Part shown: in pieces, positions 24,331 to 32,000 of the stretch | Numbering within the stretch: position 1 is the first letter of the stretch | Layout of the letters: each line of letters opens with the position of its first letter | The notes under the pieces: model-generated | What the model saw: only the letters and a program-made list of their open reading frames with translations | Database searches by the model: none | Told to the model about the DNA's origin: nothing | Assembly (NCBI RefSeq): GCF_003432385.1 | Contig: NZ_CP031841.1 | Coordinates: 4,103,549-4,135,548 of the forward strand | DNA from: Breoghania sp. L-A4 | Lineage (GTDB): Bacteria > Pseudomonadota > Alphaproteobacteria > Rhizobiales > Stappiaceae | Length of the DNA stretch: 32,000 nt | Direction: 5' to 3' | Position numbers and translations under genes: made by a program

Positions 24331-26652
24331 ATGAACCGGATCATCTGGGCCGACACGCTGTCCGACTACGCGCTGGCCGCGAGCGCCCATCGCAGGCTGG
24401 GTGCGTTTTGCGACGCCGCCGCCTGCTATCCGCTGTTGAGTTCAGCCTCCGGGGCCGCCCGGCTGCAGGCCGCCTTGCGTCCCTACGGGAGTGCTCTGAC
24501 CGCCTTTTCCGAGATTGTGCGCGGCGCGGATCCGGCGGACCGCGGCCGGTTTCTGGCCGCGCAGCTCGAATGGAGCGATGCCACCCCGATCAGCCTTGCC
24601 CCCGACGCCCCGCCGTCCGCTCTGCTGGACGCGCTCATGCGCTCGCTCGAGACCGGCCGCCCGATCGTCTTCGACGCGGCGGCGACGGGCGCCAAGAGGC
24701 CGCCCGCGCCGTCGCCCAGCATCGACGGCGCCAGGCTCATGATCGTGAACCGCAACAGCGCCCTGTCGCTGCCCGCCGCCCTCTATGCCGACGCCACCGG
24801 CAGGCGGCTGATCACGCTGGAGACGCTGGAGGACCTGGAACCGCAACTGTCCGGACAGCGCCCGGCGTCGGTCATGCTGGCGTCTGACCGCCACGATTTC
24901 ACCAAGAGCCGCCTGCAGGCGCTGCTGGCATGGAGCCAGGGCGCGGACGGGCCGGCCGATTTCGGAATTCTGTCCGGACGCTCGGCGAAGCAGGCGTCGG
25001 GCATCGTCGCGCGGCTGCTGATGCATCGCGATTTTCATGCCGGCGGCCAGAGCCTGATGCGGCCGCCGGATCTCGAACCGATCCCGGCCGCGGCAATGAC
25101 GCCGATGGAATATTACGTCATCGGCGCGCACGGCAACGAAATGCATCTCGATCACATGGACGACGAGGTGCTGTGCGGCGCCAACGCCGCGCCCGATCCC
25201 TCCGGCTTCGATTGCACGCGCAACTGCCCCTATGACAACCGCTTCGCGGCCCGCGAGATCCCCGCCCACGCATTACTGTTGCTCAGCTGCGACGCCTTCA
25301 CCCTGGCCGATGGCCTGGCGCCGCCCGGCGTCAATCTGCTTATGAGCCTTCTCGACGGCATGGCCGCGAGCGTGCTCGCGCCCTTCAAGCACGTCCAGTT
25401 CAACGAAGGCCTCATTCTGCTGGCCGGCGCGCTGCTCAAGGGCGGATTTTCGCTCGGCGGCATCGCCCGGCGGCTGAACGAGAGGGCGCGCAACGGCACG
25501 CTGCCCGATCCCGCCTATCTGGTGCTCGGCGATCCGGAACTGACCATGGCCGCGCAAGACCCCATCGTTGCGGCGCGGGTCGCGCCCGAGCCGGGCGGGC
25601 TTGTCCTGGAGCTGCGCTCGAACGGCGCGCCGGCGCTCGAAACCACCATCGCGTATGATCCCGACGATACAGACGGACCCTTGCCGCCGCTAGCGCTGGA
25701 GCCGCTCGGCGAGACGCTGCGCGATCCCGACATCTTCTACACGCTGACCCCGCGCCCCGCCGCCCGCGCGCTGACAATCACGCTGTTCGCCCGCGACCGG
25801 CTCCCCAAGGGCCCGCTGCTGTTTCGCGTCGAGCAGGCCGCGCGCCTGGGGCCGGTCGACCATGACGACATCCTGGGCCGGCTGAACCGCCTGTCGCTGA
25901 TCTCCGAGATCGGGCTGGACAACCGCGCGGCAAGGTGCGCGAAAGCCAGCATCCTGTCGTTCCTGCGCGCAGCCGCCGGCTTTCCCCGCCCGGTCGAACT
26001 GGCCATGGGCCAGTCGATGGTGCGCAACATCGATGCGCTCGTGGCTGCCGATTTCAAGAGCCTGCGCCGCGCCTCCCTGCGCGCCATGCTCGAGGAACTG
26101 GAACACAAGCGGGTCTGGATCAGCCAGCGCTACGCCCATGCCTATCCGCACATCGCGCGCGCGGGCCCGCGGGCCGACGGCGTCTGTCCGCATTGCGCAG
26201 AGCACACCACCTGCTGGCGCTACGAAGACACCTGCCTGCATTTCCCGCCGCGCAGGCTGTGGGTGTGCAACCAATGCGGCATCATCGCCGACGTTCCGGC
26301 CGAGCCCACCGCCACCATCGCGCTCGCCACCGTCGCGGCCCTGCCCGCGCCCACCCAACGGCAGACCTTCACCATCGCCAATTGCACGCAGGACCCGCTG
26401 GGCATCGGCTATTGCCTGCATTTCAACGCCTGGGGACAGCTCGGCATCAAGGCGGACGGCAACATCGGCGAGGCGACGCTGGCGCCGGGCGAGGAGATCG
26501 AGCGCACCGCCACCTTCCACTTCCCCGAGGGCTTTCCCGACGACGTCGTCTCCATGCAGTTCTTCGCCATGACCGACGCGATGGATCTGTATTTCCTCAG
26601 CCAGAAGATGCGCGCCCAGGTGCGCCACGTCCAAAGAGGTCAGACGCCATGA
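24331..26652 (+). CDS. Large orphan protein with caspase/CHAT-like His-Cys pattern and a C-terminal zinc ribbon
   Basis: 773 aa from ATG 24331, where GC3 rises sharply; the TTG 24199 extension has low GC3. YYVIGAHGNEMH (His267) and HALLLLSCDAFT (Cys320) are followed by LLDGMAASVLAPFKHVQFNEGLILLAGALLKGGFSLGGIARRL, an order that resembles the CHAT domain core. CPHC...CNQC lies at 26185-26277. Confidence 0.6.
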   Translation: MNRIIWADTLSDYALAASAHRRLGAFCDAAACYPLLSSASGAARLQAALRPYGSALTAFSEIVRGADPADRGRFLAAQLEWSDATPISLAPDAPPSALLDALMRSLETGRPIVFDAAATGAKRPPAPSPSIDGARLMIVNRNSALSLPAALYADATGRRLITLETLEDLEPQLSGQRPASVMLASDRHDFTKSRLQALLAWSQGADGPADFGILSGRSAKQASGIVARLLMHRDFHAGGQSLMRPPDLEPIPAAAMTPMEYYVIGAHGNEMHLDHMDDEVLCGANAAPDPSGFDCTRNCPYDNRFAAREIPAHALLLLSCDAFTLADGLAPPGVNLLMSLLDGMAASVLAPFKHVQFNEGLILLAGALLKGGFSLGGIARRLNERARNGTLPDPAYLVLGDPELTMAAQDPIVAARVAPEPGGLVLELRSNGAPALETTIAYDPDDTDGPLPPLALEPLGETLRDPDIFYTLTPRPAARALTITLFARDRLPKGPLLFRVEQAARLGPVDHDDILGRLNRLSLISEIGLDNRAARCAKASILSFLRAAAGFPRPVELAMGQSMVRNIDALVAADFKSLRRASLRAMLEELEHKRVWISQRYAHAYPHIARAGPRADGVCPHCAEHTTCWRYEDTCLHFPPRRLWVCNQCGIIADVPAEPTATIALATVAALPAPTQRQTFTIANCTQDPLGIGYCLHFNAWGQLGIKADGNIGEATLAPGEEIERTATFHFPEGFPDDVVSMQFFAMTDAMDLYFLSQKMRAQVRHVQRGQTP

Positions 26653-27935
26653 CGACACCCGACGCGGCCCAACGGCCCGACAGCTTCATCGCCATACTGG
26701 ATCCCGGCACCGCGCACTTCCGCTACCTGCGCAGCGCGCGCGAGATGGGGTACAAGACCATCGTGATGAGCGCCGATCCGGACGCCTATCGGGCGGAGCA
26801 AGCGCTCTACAAGCAGCGGGTTCCGGAATACGACGAGGCCTGGACCGATGTCTTCGTGCCCTACGACTCGCCCGATCCGGACACGCTGACGCGTCTTCTG
26901 GAGCCCTATCGCGGGCGCATCGCCGGGGTAATCGCGGGCGACGAATTCCCCGTCCCGGCCGCAGCAAGGCTCGGCCGCGCGCTCGGCTTCAACTACGCCA
27001 CGCCCGAGGACGCGGACTGCCAGCGCGACAAATCCGCGATGAAGCGCCGGCTGATCGAGCGCGGCGTTCCCACCGCGCGCTACCGCACGGCCGAAAGCCT
27101 CCCCGACGCGCTCGCAACCTGGGAGGCGTTCGGCGGCGACTGCATGGTCAAGATGGTCGACTACGCCTCGAGCTTCAACGTCTTCCGCGTGCGCAGCCGT
27201 GAGGAGCTGGAGAACGCCTGGTACACGATCGTCGAGAACCGGCGCGGGCTGCAGGTCGCCTTCGATCTGGCGCAGAAGGTGATCGTGGAGGAGTTCATCG
27301 GCGGGCGGGAACTGACCGTCGAGGGTTATGTGCAGGACGGCCGCGTCGAGGTGCTCAACTTCTGCGAGAAGATCACCAACGAGAATTTTCTCGTCATCGG
27401 CCACTATATCCCCGCCCGCGTCACCAAGGCGGAAAGCGACGCGCTCGCCGGCATCGCCCGGCAATGCGTCGCGGCGCTTGGCGTCCAGAACACCATCTTC
27501 CACGCGGAAGTGCACCTGCGCGACGGCCAGCCCTTCATCATCGAATGCGCGGCGCGCACGCCGGGGCAGCATTCGGTCGAGATCATCGAGCGCACCTATG
27601 GCATCGATCTGATGACCATCAACATCGATCTGGCGATGGGCCGGTTCGTCAGCACCCGCAGGCGCCCGCCCGAGGCCTGGCACGCGCTGCTGGCGCTCTA
27701 CGCCACTGAGAGCGGGACGCTCAAGGAAATCAAAGGGCTGGAGGCGCTCAAACAGCGCGAGGATCTGGTCTGGCTGGCGCTGGACGTGGCGCCGGGCCAG
27801 CCGGTGCGCAAGCTGGAAACCTTCAAGGACCTGTGCGGCCTGGCGGTGGTCGGCGGCCCCGCGCCCGAGGACGCCGAAGCCGGGTACTGCTGGATCCGCG
27901 AAAACCTCGTCTTCGTCGTCGAGGACGGCGCATGA
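26649..27935 (+). CDS. ATP-grasp domain ligase (L-amino-acid-ligase / carboxylate-amine ligase type)
   Basis: 428 aa from ATG 26649, with an ATGA overlap on the upstream stop. Contains DKSAMKRRLIERGVPTARY, VIVEEFIGGRELTVEGYV and FHAEVHLRDGQPFIIECAARTPG. Confidence 0.85.
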   Translation: MTTPDAAQRPDSFIAILDPGTAHFRYLRSAREMGYKTIVMSADPDAYRAEQALYKQRVPEYDEAWTDVFVPYDSPDPDTLTRLLEPYRGRIAGVIAGDEFPVPAAARLGRALGFNYATPEDADCQRDKSAMKRRLIERGVPTARYRTAESLPDALATWEAFGGDCMVKMVDYASSFNVFRVRSREELENAWYTIVENRRGLQVAFDLAQKVIVEEFIGGRELTVEGYVQDGRVEVLNFCEKITNENFLVIGHYIPARVTKAESDALAGIARQCVAALGVQNTIFHAEVHLRDGQPFIIECAARTPGQHSVEIIERTYGIDLMTINIDLAMGRFVSTRRRPPEAWHALLALYATESGTLKEIKGLEALKQREDLVWLALDVAPGQPVRKLETFKDLCGLAVVGGPAPEDAEAGYCWIRENLVFVVEDGA

Positions 27936-27963
27936 CGCGGGGTAATGCGCGACGATGACAAAA

Positions 27964-27988
27964 CGGGCGGGCCATACCGACCCGCCCG
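27964..27988. terminator. GC hairpin between convergent genes
   Basis: CGGGCGGG (27964-27971) pairs with CCCGCCCG (27981-27988); 9-nt loop. Confidence 0.45.
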
Positions 27989-27998
27989 GTCCGTAACG

Positions 27999-28025
27999 GG
28001 GCCTCCCGGTTGCCCCGGGAGGCCC
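27999..28025. terminator. GC hairpin between convergent genes (bidirectional terminator candidate)
   Basis: GGGCCTCCCGG (27999-28009) pairs with CCGGGAGGCCC (28015-28025), an 11-bp perfect stem with a 5-nt loop. It lies 9 nt beyond the stop of the small minus-strand gene. Confidence 0.5.
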
Positions 28026-28033
28026 TGATCACG

Positions 28034-28258
28034 TTACCAGCAGGCCGCCACGAGCGCGCCGACATGCTCGTTGGAAACGCGCAGCTTGTCGGACATGCCC
28101 TGAAGCTCGGCCGCGGCCGTCGCCTTCACGATGCCGCGCTGAAGCTGGAGACGTTCCTCGGCCGCGCTGATGCGCGCGAGTTCCTCGTGATAGGATTCCA
28201 GCGTGCTCAGAAGAGCATCGTGGGTCGACTGATGAAGATCGGAAATTTTCGCCATAAC
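28034..28258 (-). CDS. Small (74-aa) predicted all-helical protein, function unknown
   Basis: MAKISDLHQSTHDALLSTLESYHEELARISAAEERLQLQRGIVKATAAAELQGMSDKLRVSNEHVGALVAACW. Excellent RBS GGAGGA with a 6-nt spacer before ATG 28258. Host-like GC3. The upstream part of track ORF 28034..28447 is not supported. Confidence 0.65.
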   Translation of the reverse strand, partial: VMAKISDLHQSTHDALLSTLESYHEELARISAAEERLQLQRGIVKATAAAELQGMSDKLRVSNEHVGALVAACW

Positions 28259-28414
28259 ACGTCCTCCGTGCAGAAATAGGGGAATAGCAACAAGGGCCGC
28301 GGGAAACCCGCCCGATGCCCGCCGGTCCGCGCCGGAACGGCCCTGCCGGCAGGCTCCGCAGACGCGACGTCCCCGAAGCAGGCACGCCGACACCATCGGC
28401 ATTACCTTGGTACA

Positions 28415-28443
28415 TAAGTAACAGTATATTCGATTCCGGTCAA
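28415..28443 (-). promoter_or_regulatory. Sigma70-like promoter candidate for the small helical protein gene
   Basis: On the minus strand: TTGACC (28443..28438), a 17-nt spacer, then TACTTA (28420..28415). Pattern match only. Confidence 0.2.
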
Positions 28444-28590
28444 TCACGGCGCGCCGGCCCCCGGAACGCGCGCCCGCCGGCCGGCGAACAAGCCCGGTGC
28501 CTGACGATCGCCGCGATCTGTGTTACAGACGGTTGAAACGACAGGCTGAATTTTGAGGCTGCTGATAAAACCGAGGTCCGTCGATCGTCG

Positions 28591-28609
28591 TCCTCGGCCT
28601 TGTGCCGAG
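28591..28609. repeat. Short GC hairpin (CCTCGGC-cttgt-GCCGAGG) resembling a common alphaproteobacterial intergenic repeat
   Basis: Context GTCGTCCTCGGCCTTGTGCCGAGGATCCATG. There is only one copy in this window, so repeat status rests on my recollection of similar elements elsewhere. Confidence 0.3.
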
Positions 28610-28782
28610 GATCCATGTTTTCAACGGCTTATGGATACTCGGGACAAACCCGCGTATGACGAGCGGGAGAACCCGAGACGTTGTCAGCAGTCTGTTGTGA
28701 CTTCTGATTTGGATTTCACATTTTCCAGCCGGCGGCACGCCAACCGGACGGAACGCCGACAGCAAGCAAGGCATGGCACGCG

Positions 28783-29082
28783 ATGACCGAGACGAAAAAG
28801 CCCGCACGCAAACCGGCGAGCGCATCAACGGGGAAGATCACGGTTGACCGGGTGCAGACCGGCGTGCGGATCGAAAAGCGCATTCTGAAGGTGCTGAAGG
28901 CGATCGCCGAATATTACGACATTTCCGTCGGCGAGTTGATCGAGGGCATCGTGCTGCACTCGTTTGAAGGCGACTGCGCCTTTGACGAAGGCGCGGTGAA
29001 GCGCATCACCCAGCTCAAGGCGATCTACGATCTCGATCTCGATTCAACCGCCGCCCACCGGCTGACCGACACGAGCGACTGA
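28783..29082 (+). CDS. Small conserved hypothetical protein, possible ribbon-helix-helix DNA-binding fold
   Basis: 99 aa. VGVRIEKRILKVLKAIAEYYDISVGELIEGIVLHSFEG fits a strand-helix-helix pattern. Confidence 0.6.
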   Translation: MTETKKPARKPASASTGKITVDRVQTGVRIEKRILKVLKAIAEYYDISVGELIEGIVLHSFEGDCAFDEGAVKRITQLKAIYDLDLDSTAAHRLTDTSD

Positions 29083-29115
29083 CGCGCGGGCGGGCCGGCG
29101 CGCATCGGCGCGCTG

Positions 29116-29859
29116 TCACCGGGGTCCGAGCACCTGCGCCAGCGGCAGCGCCTGGCTGGGTTTCTCGACGAGATCCAGGCCCGAGTGCAGATCGACGATG
29201 TGGCTCTTCATCAGCTCGTCCGCCTGGGTCGCGTCGCGATCCGCGAAGGCCTGGATCAGCGCATGATGCGAATGGCTCTCGCAGGCGGTGTCCGCCCGCT
29301 TCCAGTAGAGCCCGATGATCAGCGACGAGCGCGAGATCAGCGAGCGCACCATGCGCGCGAAGATCTGCTGCTGCGCGATATCCGCGATGGCGATGTGAAA
29401 CAGCCCCGACAGCGACAGCGCCTTGCCCATGTCGCCGGCGTGCAGCGCCACATGCTCGGCATCGATATGGGCCTTCAGACGCGCGACGTCGTCGTCGGTC
29501 ATCAGCTGCGCCGCCGTGCGCGCCACGCGCGGCTCGATCAACGCGCGGGCCTCGAACACCTCGTGCGCCTCGCGGATCGTCGGCCTCGAGACAAAGGCGC
29601 CGCGGTTACGCTCGATCGCGACAAGGCCGGAATGCGCCAGCGCCTGAAGGGCTGCGCGCACCACGGTGCGCGAGGCGCCGTAAATCTCGCCCACTTCATC
29701 TTCGGAGAGTTTGGTGCCCGGGCCGAGCCGGTGCTCCAGAATGGCGCGCTGCAGGTTGAGGCAGATGTCCAGCGCCCGTCCGGGGGGCAGCGAAAACGCC
29801 TCCTCGAAGCCATGCGCCGTCACCAGCGCCGCAGCCTCCCGTACCGCCTCCAGGGACAT
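29116..29859 (-). CDS. GntR family transcriptional regulator with FCD ligand-binding domain
   Basis: From ATG 29859 (MSLEAV). HTH region LSEDEVGEIYGASRTVVRAALQALAHSGLVAIERNRGAFV. FCD-like helical C-terminus with His residues (HHALIQAF). Confidence 0.85.
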   Translation of the reverse strand: MSLEAVREAAALVTAHGFEEAFSLPPGRALDICLNLQRAILEHRLGPGTKLSEDEVGEIYGASRTVVRAALQALAHSGLVAIERNRGAFVSRPTIREAHEVFEARALIEPRVARTAAQLMTDDDVARLKAHIDAEHVALHAGDMGKALSLSGLFHIAIADIAQQQIFARMVRSLISRSSLIIGLYWKRADTACESHSHHALIQAFADRDATQADELMKSHIVDLHSGLDLVEKPSQALPLAQVLGPR

Positions 29860-30104
29860 GATGGTCTCGCTTTCACTCTTGCCTGAATTCGATATAGCAC
29901 CTCCTCCGCGCCGCACAATCTAAATCGTATACAAAATTTGTGCATTTCGTATTCGATATGAGCAAAAATTGTGCACGCATGCGGGCAATTGCTGCCCTGG
30001 AAAATAAAATTCAACAAATACAAAATCTTACAGGCCCGCTCATTCTGGCATGGCGGTTGCAAACCCCTCGCCCTGTCAGTCACCAGAGGGGCGTGCGCGT
30101 GCCA

Positions 30105-31115
30105 ATGACCACATCCACGATGCAAAGTTCGGGGCAGAACATGGAACTGGAGCTCGTCGCCACCACCAAGCGCTACGGCGACACGCTGGCGGTCGAGGCG
30201 ATCGGCCACCGCTTCAAGGCCAACACCTACTCCTGTCTTCTGGGGCCGTCGGGCTGCGGCAAGTCCTCGACGCTGCGAATGATCGCCGGCCACGAGCATG
30301 TCAGCTCCGGCGACATCCTGCTGGGCGGCAAGAACATCACCAATCTGCCGCCGGCCGCGCGCGGCACCGCGATGATGTTCCAGAATTACGCCCTGTTCCC
30401 GCATCTCTCGATCGCCGACAACGTGGCCTTCAGCCTGAAGATGAAGGGCACGCCCAAGGCGACGCGGCTGGCCCGCGCGCACGAGCTTCTCGAACTCGTC
30501 GACATGCAGGAGTTTGGCGCGCGCTTTCCCAACCAGCTCTCCGGCGGCCAGCAGCAGCGCATCGCTCTGGCCCGCGCACTGATCACCGAGCCCTCCGCCC
30601 TGCTGCTCGACGAGCCGCTGTCCGCGCTCGATCCGTTCCTGCGCATCCGCATGCGCGTGGAGCTCAAGCGGCTGCAGCGCGAACTCGGCATCTCGTTTGT
30701 GCACGTGACGCATTCGCAGGACGAGGCGCTGGCGCTGGCCGACAGCATCATCGTCATGAACGCGGGACGCATCGAGCAGGCGGGCTCCCCGCACGAGGTC
30801 TTCAACGCCCCGCGCACCGAATTCGTGGCCCGCTTCATCGGCGGCCACAACATCCTGCACGACGCCTCCGGACCCAAGGCGATCCGCGCCGACCGGCTCA
30901 CCGTCGCCCAGACCAGGGCGGGCGACGCGCTCGCGGCCACCGTGCGCGGCATCGAGTATCTGGGCACGACGGTCAATCTCTCCGTCGACGCGGGCGCGGC
31001 GGGCGACCTCACCGCCACGCTGCCCGACGACGCGTTCTTCAAGAACCCCATGGAACCGGGCGCTTCCGTCTTCGTCAGCTGGAAACCGGAAGACGCCCAC
31101 CCGCTTGCGGCCTGA
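30105..31115 (+). CDS. ABC transporter ATP-binding protein (PotA/spermidine-putrescine or related importer type)
   Basis: Walker A GPSGCGKSS, signature LSGGQQQRIALARAL, Walker B LLLDEPLSALD, and a C-terminal TOBE-like region. The start is uncertain: ATG 30105, 30120 or 30141. Confidence 0.85.
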   Translation: MTTSTMQSSGQNMELELVATTKRYGDTLAVEAIGHRFKANTYSCLLGPSGCGKSSTLRMIAGHEHVSSGDILLGGKNITNLPPAARGTAMMFQNYALFPHLSIADNVAFSLKMKGTPKATRLARAHELLELVDMQEFGARFPNQLSGGQQQRIALARALITEPSALLLDEPLSALDPFLRIRMRVELKRLQRELGISFVHVTHSQDEALALADSIIVMNAGRIEQAGSPHEVFNAPRTEFVARFIGGHNILHDASGPKAIRADRLTVAQTRAGDALAATVRGIEYLGTTVNLSVDAGAAGDLTATLPDDAFFKNPMEPGASVFVSWKPEDAHPLAA

Positions 31116-31238
31116 CCGCAAAATCCTCCGGCCGCGCGCGGCCGGGGGCCATCCCGCACCGGGACCCTTCACCGACACCAGATCATCCCAGGCCCCAAGG
31201 CATCACGGGCCGAACCGCAGAAAACAGGAGCAAGAGCC

Positions 31239-32000
31239 ATGACGACAGGGAACGACAAGACAACGTTCAGCCGCCGCACCATGCTGAAGGGCGGCGCCGC
31301 CATCACGGGCGCCGCCATCGGCTCCGGCGCCGTGACCGGCTTCCCGACCATCTGGGCGCAGAACATCAAGGACGTCACGCTGCGCCAGTTCGGCACCGGC
31401 GTGTCGAACCTCAATGAAGTGGCGCAGAAGGTGAAGGAAGACCTCGGCTTCACGCTGGAGATGACGGCGCTCGATTCCGACAGCGTGACCCAGCGCGCCG
31501 CCACCCAGCCCAAGAGCTTCGACATCGCCGACATCGAGTACTGGATCTGCAAGAAGGTCTGGGGCGCGGGCAACCTGCAGGCGATGGACACCTCCAAGAT
31601 CAAGAACTACGACAAGATCGTCGGCACGTTCAAGAGCGGCAAGCTGACCCCCGAAAGCGTGATCGCCCAGGGCACCGCGCCGCACACGGTCGGCTTCACG
31701 TCGGGTCCGGACGGCAAGGATTTCGTCGCCGAGGAATCCGGCTGGATGACGCTGATCCCGACCATCTACAACGCCGATACGCTGGGCATCCGCCCCGACC
31801 TCATCGGCCGTCCGATCGACACATGGGCCGAGCTTCTGAACCCGGAGTTCAAGGGCAAGGCGTCGATCCTCGACATCTCGTCGATCGGCATCATGGACAT
31901 GGCGATGGTTGTCGAGGCGATGGGCGAATACAAGTATCCCGACAAGGGCAACATGACCCGCGAAGAGATCGACAAGACGCTCGGCATCTTCACCGAAGCC
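31239..32000 (+). CDS. ABC transporter periplasmic solute-binding protein with Tat signal (PotD/PotF-like); 3' end off the window
   Basis: Not in the track because it has no stop in the window. ATG 31239 follows AGGAG. My translation gives MTTGNDKTTFSRRTMLKGGAAITGAAIGSGAVTGFPTIWAQNIKDVTLRQFG..., which contains a twin-arginine motif. Confidence 0.8.
   Translation, partial: MTTGNDKTTFSRRTMLKGGAAITGAAIGSGAVTGFPTIWAQNIKDVTLRQFGTGVSNLNEVAQKVKEDLGFTLEMTALDSDSVTQRAATQPKSFDIADIEYWICKKVWGAGNLQAMDTSKIKNYDKIVGTFKSGKLTPESVIAQGTAPHTVGFTSGPDGKDFVAEESGWMTLIPTIYNADTLGIRPDLIGRPIDTWAELLNPEFKGKASILDISSIGIMDMAMVVEAMGEYKYPDKGNMTREEIDKTLGIFTEA

Noticed and set aside
25690-27683. Minus-strand ORFs 25690..26658 and 26640..27683
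   Set aside because: They are antisense to the CHAT-like and ATP-grasp genes. The composition is shadow-ORF-like (R/A/G/D/H-rich), and the plus-strand ATP-grasp motifs are unambiguous.
12157-28258. Anti-phage defence system interpretation (CHAT protease, ATP-grasp, E1-like)
   Set aside because: I recognise no nuclease, NTPase sensor, TIR/SIR2, cyclase or other common defence effector. The dominance of radical SAM, methyltransferase and corrinoid enzymes fits biosynthesis better. It is not excluded, only unsupported.
29820-31178. 452-aa minus-strand ORF
   Set aside because: It is antisense to the ABC ATPase, which has Walker A, signature and Walker B motifs on the plus strand.
1-32000. tRNA, rRNA, transposase or integrase genes
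   Set aside because: I scanned for T-loop-like GGTTCGAATCC variants and for recognisable transposase or integrase translations in the ORF track and found none.

Overview
High-GC (about 65-70%) alphaproteobacterial chromosome, probably Hyphomicrobiales/Rhodobacterales-like, judged from the gene content and the GC-rich palindromic intergenic repeats. All product calls come from reading the translations by eye; no searches were run.

Layout, left to right:

(1) 1-7244, catabolic/transport block. The minus strand carries a TAXI-TRAP binding protein, a fused TRAP permease, an IclR regulator and an FAD aromatic hydroxylase (3' end off-window). A thiamine-diphosphate enzyme is divergent.

(2) 7477-10844, classic homospermidine module: odc, a GNAT gene and hss.

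(3) 11441-11902, a DUF3775 gene.

(4) 12157-28258, an accessory-looking cluster that I could not match to any described system.
- A tightly coupled minus-strand operon encodes a radical SAM/SPASM maturase with an N-terminal PqqD-like region, a HemN-like (class C type) radical SAM, a PflA/AmrS-like radical SAM and a class I SAM methyltransferase.
- Next comes a single polypeptide that looks like a fused HgcA-HgcB: a corrinoid cap-helix motif NVWCAAG, 4 TM helices and a 2x[4Fe-4S] ferredoxin.
- A 550-bp mosaic of REP-like repeats follows, then a DUF2817 (M14-like) protein, an orphan protein, a ThiF/E1-like adenylyltransferase fused to a degenerate alpha/beta-hydrolase, and an intact alpha/beta-hydrolase.
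- Divergent from this operon, across a 720-bp low-GC control region, are a 773-aa orphan protein with a caspase/CHAT-like His-Cys pattern plus a zinc ribbon, ATGA-coupled to an ATP-grasp ligase.
- A small helical protein lies convergent to the ATP-grasp gene.

(5) 28783-32000: a ribbon-helix-helix-like small protein, a GntR/FCD regulator, a PotA-like ABC ATPase and a Tat-signal solute-binding protein (off-window).

I saw no rRNA, tRNA, CRISPR array, transposase or integrase. Many long ORFs in the supplied track are antisense or alternate-frame shadows typical of high-GC DNA.
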